This document shows positions 53,172 through 59,532 of a stretch of DNA of 59,532 nt, piece after piece. Within the stretch, counting starts at the first letter, position 1. Each line of letters starts with the position of its first letter. Location: NCBI GenBank assembly GCA_021818675.1, contig JAKATR010000099.1:1-59532 (forward strand), given 5' to 3'. The notes under the pieces were generated by a model. That model made no database searches and was not told the origin of the DNA. It saw nothing but the letters and a program-made list of their open reading frames with translations. The stretch is from Thermoplasmata archaeon. GTDB taxonomy: Archaea > Thermoplasmatota > Thermoplasmata > Thermoplasmatales > Thermoplasmataceae. Made by a program: the position numbers and the translations under genes.

Positions 53172-53537
53172 GTGAAATTTGATGCTGAAATAAAAGCGGA
53201 TTTTTATGACATATTAACCTATTATGTAAACCTTTTTTCGGCAAAGAAAATCAAAGAAATTGATGTTTTTGATTTTACCATATCTTATTCCGGTCACTCC
53301 GTTATTACCTCAGCAGATATGGGTTTAAGTGAATTCTCCAGTGACTTTCCGGATAAAAAAAGAGGGTTAGACAGAGTTCAATTCATTTATTTCCATATCA
53401 AAAAAAAGACTGAACCCGGACTCAATTTTTCATGTGCAATTTCATTTGATCGTATTTTGTATGAAAGTTCAGTCAGGTCAGAGACTATGACTCAACTCAT
53501 GGAGGCTCTGGATAAATCGACTTTTAGATTTTTTTGA
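53172..53537 (+). CDS. Hypothetical protein
   Basis: 121-aa ORF with a GTG start and no recognisable motif. Confidence 0.4.
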   Translation: MKFDAEIKADFYDILTYYVNLFSAKKIKEIDVFDFTISYSGHSVITSADMGLSEFSSDFPDKKRGLDRVQFIYFHIKKKTEPGLNFSCAISFDRILYESSVRSETMTQLMEALDKSTFRFF

Positions 53538-53629
53538 ACTGCCAAACCAGTTTGAAGCTTTGATATACAAAAGCAATAATAATTAAAAAAATCTGTAAAA
53601 AGTTTTTAAGCAAAATAAGATATGCGTGT

Positions 53630-54169
53630 GTGGCACAGATAAAGATAAGAGGCAGAATAGAAACCCTCTTCAAATTGAGAAATCTTGCCTTAATCAGTTT
53701 ATTTGTAGATTTTATATTAACCACTAACTATGGCTCATATTTTTTGCCCAATACCTCCCAGACTGTGACAAACTTGCTTACATTTTTTGCCAACCCTAAT
53801 CTCCTGACATTTTACGGAACAGTAATAGGTCTTCTAATGGCAGCTTACACAGTCATGATCACTATGATTCCCAGTTTTCACCCTGAAAGTTTAAAACAAC
53901 CCATATTTTCTCAGATTAATAGCCTTTTTCTTTTTACTATTTTAACGGGTTTAATGCTGATGATCCTTTCTTTTACCGGTTCTCTTATACCTGATACTAC
54001 TTCAGTCTGGTTTATTAGAATACAAATATTCTTTTTCTTTTCACTGCTCATCGGGTTAATATTTTCAGTGCTTTCCCTATCAGACTTATTTAAAGTTGTC
54101 AGCGGACGTAAAGGAACCAGAGAACCTACAAAACGTGAAACCAAGACCAGAGAGATACAAAAAAAATGA
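53630..54169 (+). CDS. Hypothetical membrane protein with basic C-terminal tail
   Basis: 179 aa with about 4 helices. The tail is GRKGTREPTKRETKTREIQKK. GTG start. Confidence 0.45.
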   Translation: MAQIKIRGRIETLFKLRNLALISLFVDFILTTNYGSYFLPNTSQTVTNLLTFFANPNLLTFYGTVIGLLMAAYTVMITMIPSFHPESLKQPIFSQINSLFLFTILTGLMLMILSFTGSLIPDTTSVWFIRIQIFFFFSLLIGLIFSVLSLSDLFKVVSGRKGTREPTKRETKTREIQKK

Positions 54170-54185
54170 TGTTGGATAGATACAA

Positions 54186-55268
54186 ATGATTCATATTATC
54201 TTTATAGGTTTTATAATCCTCATTTTTTTCCTTACGTTCCTTATCGTTCTAAGAATGATTTTAATGTTTTACTGGAAAATTCATTTTTTCAATGCAAATG
54301 ATGAATACAAATATTCCCCAAGAGTACTGGTTGTGGTTCCCTGCCGTGGCAAGGACCATGAAATGGAGGTAAACTTCAACTCCCTGCTAAACCAGGATTA
54401 TTCAAATTTTAAGATCGTTGCAGTGGTCGACAGCATGGAGGATGCAGCCCTCGAGGTAATAAAAAAATTAGACATAAATTATCTCCTGACTGACCATTAT
54501 TCTAATGCTGCAAGCGGTAAAGTCCGAGCCATAACCACAGCCTTGAGGAAAATGAAAGATTTTGAGATTGTTGTTCTGGCAGATTCTGATACCATAGTAC
54601 CGGAACACTGGCTAAGGGAACTTATATTTCCTCTGCACAAAAAAGAAATTGGAGCAGTAAGTACCTATCCAAGATTCATTCCCAGGGGTGGATTCTGGTC
54701 AAAGGTTAAGGAAATTTGGGGGTACATGGGGATCAACATGATGGAATTCCGCCCAAGTCGTTTTGTCTGGGGAGGTTCTGTTGCATTCAGAACAGAACTA
54801 ATGGATGAGACTTCACTAAATTATTTTTCAACGGCCGTCTCCGATGATGCAGCAATAACAAAAATTTGCAGAGACAAAAAGGTTGGAATTGCCTACAGCC
54901 CTGCTGCAAGCCCAAAAATTGTTGTCAATGATGATAAAAAAACTTTTTTGAAATGGGCAGAAAGGCAAATGGCTGTAAGCATTATTTTTGATAAAAGGGC
55001 ATTGATTGGTGGTATTTTCATTTACGTTGGAATAATATTTTATCTTGTCTTAATAACCGCTATAACTATAATGGTAAACCCTTTTTTTGTTATTGGATAT
55101 ATCCCGTATATCCTGAATCTTATAAACTCAGGAATGAGAGATCCCAGAAATTCAGCATGGCTCATTCCCATCAGCCTTCTCCTTCCGTTTATTTACCTTT
55201 ACAACATATTTAAGGGAGCAAAATCAACCCATATAGATTGGAGAGGTACAAGCTACAGGATAAAGTGA
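54186..55268 (+). CDS. Family 2 (GT-A) membrane glycosyltransferase, ceramide-glucosyltransferase/GT21-like
   Basis: An N-terminal helix is followed by VLVVVPCRGKD, VLADSDT (DxD) and C-terminal helices. Confidence 0.75.
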   Translation: MIHIIFIGFIILIFFLTFLIVLRMILMFYWKIHFFNANDEYKYSPRVLVVVPCRGKDHEMEVNFNSLLNQDYSNFKIVAVVDSMEDAALEVIKKLDINYLLTDHYSNAASGKVRAITTALRKMKDFEIVVLADSDTIVPEHWLRELIFPLHKKEIGAVSTYPRFIPRGGFWSKVKEIWGYMGINMMEFRPSRFVWGGSVAFRTELMDETSLNYFSTAVSDDAAITKICRDKKVGIAYSPAASPKIVVNDDKKTFLKWAERQMAVSIIFDKRALIGGIFIYVGIIFYLVLITAITIMVNPFFVIGYIPYILNLINSGMRDPRNSAWLIPISLLLPFIYLYNIFKGAKSTHIDWRGTSYRIK

Positions 55269-55430
55269 AGGATTGCATTCTTATTCCTTAAATGAATTTC
55301 CGACCTTTATTTCTCAGAGACGTTCCCGCTTCAATGATCCATGATTGAATCTCATGAACTTTGAGCCTAGTATATTGAAAGCCTAAGTTTTGCTTGAAAA
55401 AAAATGCCAATTTAAAAGTAAAAATACAGG

Positions 55431-55458
55431 AACAGGTTAAAATGAACTATGACCTGTT
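55431..55458. repeat. Inverted repeat AACAGGT-(14 nt)-ACCTGTT
   Basis: Read directly: the perfect 7-nt arms are at 55431-55437 and 55452-55458. Confidence 0.8.
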
Positions 55459-55484
55459 TTGCTTACATCTATGTGATAATTTAA

Positions 55485-55497
55485 AACCTGTCAGGTT
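55485..55497. repeat. Palindrome AACCTG-T-CAGGTT with A/T-rich flanks
   Basis: Read directly. It shares the CAGGTTAAA core with the repeat at 55431. Confidence 0.8.
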
Positions 55498-55620
55498 AAA
55501 TTTAAAGCTTTACTCTGAATTGATCCCAGATTAATACATGAGAATTGCCTCTTAAAAATTGTAAAATAGAAATTATAATGTCATTCGTTCTTTAAGAGAA
55601 AGTATTTAATCGAAATCTAT

Positions 55621-55956
55621 ATGACAAGAAACGTGAATAAACTAAAACTTTCATATGAATTTGGACTTGTAGGAGGACTATTCCTTATAATTATTGCTGT
55701 TCTGGAACTGGTTTTGCATTCAATAAGCAGTTACTTAAAAATCTTCGGAACATTTCCTTCAGCTGGGGCTGTTCAATTAATAATATTTGCTCTGATTGCC
55801 CTACTGGGAACTGAATATTCAAGAAGAGATAAGAAAATAGGTTATACATCCATGATAGTTATTGCAATAGCCGGAATGATTACCTTCGTCAATATTGAGA
55901 TTGTAGGATTTATAATAATACTCATAGGCGGTATTCTGGTCATGATGAACAAATAA
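55621..55956 (+). CDS. Small membrane protein (about 3-4 helices)
   Basis: 111-aa hydrophobic ORF. Confidence 0.45.
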   Translation: MTRNVNKLKLSYEFGLVGGLFLIIIAVLELVLHSISSYLKIFGTFPSAGAVQLIIFALIALLGTEYSRRDKKIGYTSMIVIAIAGMITFVNIEIVGFIIILIGGILVMMNK

Positions 55957-56043
55957 ACCATTTTTTCAATCATAAATTAAATTTCAGTATCAAGATAGAC
56001 CCGTACAATGAAAAAAATAATTAGTCATTCATATTAGAGTAAT

Positions 56044-58779
56044 ATGGAAACTACTTCTAATCGCCATAAAATTTTAATAGCAAATCCAGGCGCAGGGAAA
56101 ACGGAAAGACTTTCAGAAGAAGTGGTTAGCTTAATAGGACATGGGATTCGTCCAGAAAAAATACTCTGTGTTACATTTACTGTAAAGGCAAAAGCGGAGA
56201 TGGAGGAAAGAATATCTCGGAAAATGTGGGAAAAGCATTATGCAGGTTCTCTTCCAGAAATAGAAACTTTTCACAGTTACTGTACCGATTTGCTAAGAAA
56301 ATTCGATATGAACCCGGATATAATTTCTGAGAGACTTGCCCGTTACATATTAACAAAGTCTATTGTTTCCAGAGATGTAACGACAGGAACCGAAGAATCA
56401 CTTTTCAGGGAAGTGAACAGCTATATATTGACAACAGGTAAAGTGATTAATGCTATCAAACTGATAAAGAGTTTTGGGATCCTGCCAGACGAAATATCAG
56501 ATTCCGATGCTCAGCGTATTCTTTCTGACCTGTATGAAAATCAAGAGGGATCAGTGAAAATATCATTGGAAGAGGCAAAAGCCCTCCTTGATAAATTTCT
56601 TCTCGTATTTAGAGACTATGAAAATTACAAAAAAAACAAATTGATGGATTACCAGGACATTCTTATATTTGCAATGAAGATTCTTAAAAAAATGAAATCT
56701 CCACCTTATGATTATATTCTTGTGGATGAGGTGCAGGATATCAGTGCTCTTGAAAGCCAGATTATAAAGCTGTCAGGGAAGAATATATTTGCTGTGGGGG
56801 ATTTGAAGCAGGCCATATTCGGATTTCAGGGAGGAAACGTTGAAAGTTTCAATGAGTTTAGAAACCACAAGGACTTTGAAAAGGAGATTATGATGCATAC
56901 TTTCAGGCTCCCAGCCAAAGTGGTGGATTATGTAAGAACTTTCTTCAGCAGATTGAACCTGGAACAGGATATATCTGAGTTACAGGTAATGGAAAGCAAA
57001 AAAGAAGGATTTGAGGGGGAAGTGAGGATAACTTTATCAGACACACCTGAAGAATCCGCAGCATTGACTGTGAAGAACATCCTGAAGGGAATACCTCATG
57101 ATGAAAGTATAGGAGTGATTGTGAGAAGCAATTATCAGGCTGTTAAAGTAAGCGAGCTAATGAAAAGCATGCAGATTGATCATGAATCGGGGTCAATTGT
57201 CACAACACTTGAATCAGAGAAAAGAGCTATTACAACCTTTTTAATGGGAATATTGTCCACAGAAAAGAATGATGTAATAAAGGCGTTATATACAGAATAT
57301 TCAGGAGTATCATTACGTGATGCGATTAAAACTGTTGATACAATTCAATTTAAAAACGAATTTGATGATTACTTACCAGAACCGTTTTTATCAATGAGAA
57401 GAAAATATTCAGAAAATATGGGAATGCTTCTAAAACTATTCACAGAATATATTATACCAAAGTCAATTGAAAAGGGAGAGAATTTTTTCCTTGCTGCAAA
57501 GGAGCTCTCCAATGCAATTCCAGAATTCTTCCAGAAGGTAAACGGCGGGAAACAGGATCTATTATCCTTCTTAAAACAGGAAAACTCCGATGAAAGTACA
57601 GGAGACAAAATTGAAAATAAAATAACAATCAGTACTGTTCATAAATCAAAGGGAAGAGAATTTGATCATGTTGTATATGTTCCGTCAAGAAAATCATGGG
57701 GAGACCCAAGCGGAATGGATCTTATAATGAACAGCATATTGCGAACAAAAGACCAGCATTATGATCCTGATGATCGGAAAGATGAGGAAAACAGAATTGA
57801 TTTTGTGGCTCTTACGAGAACAAAAAAAAGCCTCTGGATAATAATAAAGTCTAAAGAGTCTGACAGGTATAAGATTGATGGAAAATGTATTTCAGTGAAA
57901 ATAGATCCTGAAGTACCGGAATTTGAAACAATAAGCCAGAAACAGAATAGCAAAAGAGGTTCTGTTGTTTCAATGGAAAATTCAGACAGATGGCTACTTG
58001 AATTTATTCAGAAGAAGATTAACCGGCTGAAAAGGCTAAGTTTCTCCATGATAGGTTCGCTCGATGAACTTCCATCTTTTATATCCAGATATATCCTTGG
58101 TATTTCGGACTTTAGCACAGCACTTCAACTTGGTACAAACACACACAAAATAATAGAAGATTTTCTCACAAATAATGATGTTCCGGGTCTTCTGAACAGT
58201 GAACTTGAGACCAAAAGCTGGAATAACTTCTTAAAATACTATTCAGACGTAAACAACCTTCCCGGAGTTAAATGGATTATGTCAGAAGGTACGGTACAGT
58301 GTAATGTGAAAGACCTCTTCCCGGAGATTAACACGGATTTGACGATTATGGGCAAAATCGATGCAGGATATACATTTCTGCAAGATGGAATAGAGAAGAC
58401 GCGAATTGTTGATTTCAAAACAAGCAAAGAGGCAGGTGACCTTGATAAATACTACGAACAGATATCGCTTTATTCGCACCTCTACTCCCTGCAAAACCAT
58501 ATCCCAATTCAAAATATTGAGGGCGAGGTAGTAATGCTGAGTGTCCGGGAAGGGAAAATTTCTACGGGAAAGGTAGATTTGAAAGTCTATCAGGCAAATT
58601 CCCTGATGATAGAAAGATCAATCGACGCAGTTAAAAAGAGAATTCAGTTGTTCGTTAATGCTCAAAATAATCCTGAAATGTTGTACGAAATGATACTGAA
58701 AGCGAAGGAGAAATATACCCCATCAGAGATTTTCAAAGAGGTTCAGCGTGAGATCTCCCTTGAACTTGGGATACCATAA
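56044..58779 (+). CDS. UvrD/PcrA-type SF1 helicase fused to a C-terminal RecB-family PD-(D/E)XK nuclease (AddA-like)
   Basis: Helicase motifs: I ANPGAGKT, Ia ILCVTFTVKAKAEMEERI, II ILVDEVQDIS, III VGDLKQAIFGFQGG, and V/VI TVHKSKGREFDHV and VALTRTKKSLWI. Nuclease motifs: GTNTHKIIEDF, GKIDAGY, IVDFKTSK and YYEQISLYSHLY. Confidence 0.88.
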   Translation: METTSNRHKILIANPGAGKTERLSEEVVSLIGHGIRPEKILCVTFTVKAKAEMEERISRKMWEKHYAGSLPEIETFHSYCTDLLRKFDMNPDIISERLARYILTKSIVSRDVTTGTEESLFREVNSYILTTGKVINAIKLIKSFGILPDEISDSDAQRILSDLYENQEGSVKISLEEAKALLDKFLLVFRDYENYKKNKLMDYQDILIFAMKILKKMKSPPYDYILVDEVQDISALESQIIKLSGKNIFAVGDLKQAIFGFQGGNVESFNEFRNHKDFEKEIMMHTFRLPAKVVDYVRTFFSRLNLEQDISELQVMESKKEGFEGEVRITLSDTPEESAALTVKNILKGIPHDESIGVIVRSNYQAVKVSELMKSMQIDHESGSIVTTLESEKRAITTFLMGILSTEKNDVIKALYTEYSGVSLRDAIKTVDTIQFKNEFDDYLPEPFLSMRRKYSENMGMLLKLFTEYIIPKSIEKGENFFLAAKELSNAIPEFFQKVNGGKQDLLSFLKQENSDESTGDKIENKITISTVHKSKGREFDHVVYVPSRKSWGDPSGMDLIMNSILRTKDQHYDPDDRKDEENRIDFVALTRTKKSLWIIIKSKESDRYKIDGKCISVKIDPEVPEFETISQKQNSKRGSVVSMENSDRWLLEFIQKKINRLKRLSFSMIGSLDELPSFISRYILGISDFSTALQLGTNTHKIIEDFLTNNDVPGLLNSELETKSWNNFLKYYSDVNNLPGVKWIMSEGTVQCNVKDLFPEINTDLTIMGKIDAGYTFLQDGIEKTRIVDFKTSKEAGDLDKYYEQISLYSHLYSLQNHIPIQNIEGEVVMLSVREGKISTGKVDLKVYQANSLMIERSIDAVKKRIQLFVNAQNNPEMLYEMILKAKEKYTPSEIFKEVQREISLELGIP

Positions 58780-59382
58780 CTACTCCTGTTCTGTCTTTTT
58801 AATGGCATTTCTCATCAATATAGCATAGACTGCAAAAAACACAATAATTGCAGGAATAAGACCAATGTTAAAAGCAGGCAGGATAAGAACAGCTATATAC
58901 GAAAGATAACCAAGTGTGAACGCAACCAGTGCAATCAGGAAAATCATCTTTGTAAATCTACCAAGCTCGTTTTCCATATCCTCAATATCGTAACCCCCCA
59001 TCAATGAGCGTTTCCCAATAAATGAGGCAGATTCAAAGTTAGAAAGCATTACTACGGAAAATTCAGCCAGTGGAAATATAAGGGCAATAAAAACAGTATC
59101 GGGAATATTAAAGGCATAAAAAGCAGTTAGATGTGAACCAATGTAGCCCCGTGAGAGCACTATTGGGATGAACGGAAGGAGAATTGCTATGAACTTAAAC
59201 CTGTTTCTTGGCTCCTCGCCGTTTGATTTATGATTGTTAACTAAGAGAATTCCCATAAAAAAAATGAGCATTGAGAAAAGAACAAAAACATATGCTATAA
59301 ATGTGGTTGAGATGAGGATAATCAGCATAGAATAAATCAGGAATAAGACCAAACCAATTGTAAATGACATCTGATATCTCAT
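58780..59382 (-). CDS. Hypothetical membrane protein (about 6 helices)
   Basis: The track ORF runs to a TTG at 59406. The in-frame ATG at 59382 (MRYQMSF...) sits 1 nt after the stop of the upstream partial ORF and is the more likely start. The gene abuts the helicase stop with no intergenic space. Confidence 0.5.
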   Translation of the reverse strand: MRYQMSFTIGLVLFLIYSMLIILISTTFIAYVFVLFSMLIFFMGILLVNNHKSNGEEPRNRFKFIAILLPFIPIVLSRGYIGSHLTAFYAFNIPDTVFIALIFPLAEFSVVMLSNFESASFIGKRSLMGGYDIEDMENELGRFTKMIFLIALVAFTLGYLSYIAVLILPAFNIGLIPAIIVFFAVYAILMRNAIKKTEQE

Positions 59383-59383
59383 C

Positions 59384-59532
59384 TTACCACCCTGCGAGCA
59401 TAGCAAGTCTTGAAGCCGCTATGCCGATACTTTCCTGTGCTGGCTCCCACTGTATTATTGAACACCGTGCCGGGAATGCCTTGTATATTTCACTCTTTGA
59501 ATCCTTTATTATCTTTCTCTGAAACAGGACTG
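59384..59532 (-). CDS. 3' end of an unidentified CDS running off the window
   Basis: My minus-strand translation is open from the window edge: ...KIIKDSKSEIYKAFPARCSIIQWEPAQESIGIAASRLAMLAGW, ending at a TAA at 59384-59386. Confidence 0.3.
   Translation of the reverse strand, partial: VLFQRKIIKDSKSEIYKAFPARCSIIQWEPAQESIGIAASRLAMLAGW

Overview
This is a 59.5-kb, visibly AT-rich, gene-dense window that reads as archaeal chromosome, most likely from a Thermoplasmatales-type organism (Ferroplasma/Picrophilus/Thermoplasma-like). All protein calls come from motifs I recognised in the supplied translations; no searches were run.

Evidence for the taxonomic guess:
- an ATP-dependent DNA ligase
- a short archaeal TyrRS
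- smc-scpA plus a separate scpB
- an MGMT-domain/endonuclease V fusion, which I recall being described in Ferroplasma/Thermoplasma
- a class II HMG-CoA reductase
- a single-OB SSB with an RGG tail
- TATA-like boxes about 25-30 nt upstream of many start codons, suggesting leaderless mRNAs

Most of the window is housekeeping:
- lig, asnS plus a truncated AsnRS-like paralog, tyrS, thiI, rnz, purD, a dcd-family gene and tRNA-Leu(CAG)
- the late haem genes hemE and hemH, plus a chlorite-dismutase-family (HemQ-like) gene
- a homogentisate-pathway operon
- transporters and many membrane proteins

No CRISPR array, transposase, integrase or rRNA was seen.

The loci most worth following up:
1. A solo Cas4-like PD-(D/E)XK nuclease carrying an internal two-helix membrane hairpin. 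It is fused into the smc-scpA operon and split into two ORFs exactly at a G7 tract that forms an in-phase -1 slippery heptamer.
2. A three-gene, translationally coupled unit made of an FAH-family enzyme, an unrecognisable 308-aa protein and an FtsK/HerA-superfamily ATPase with a long C-terminal extension.
3. An orphan UvrD-type helicase fused to a RecB-type nuclease and embedded among membrane proteins.
4. An EF-Tu-like protein with a degenerate GTPase domain.
5. A CADD/haem-oxygenase-like di-iron family protein.
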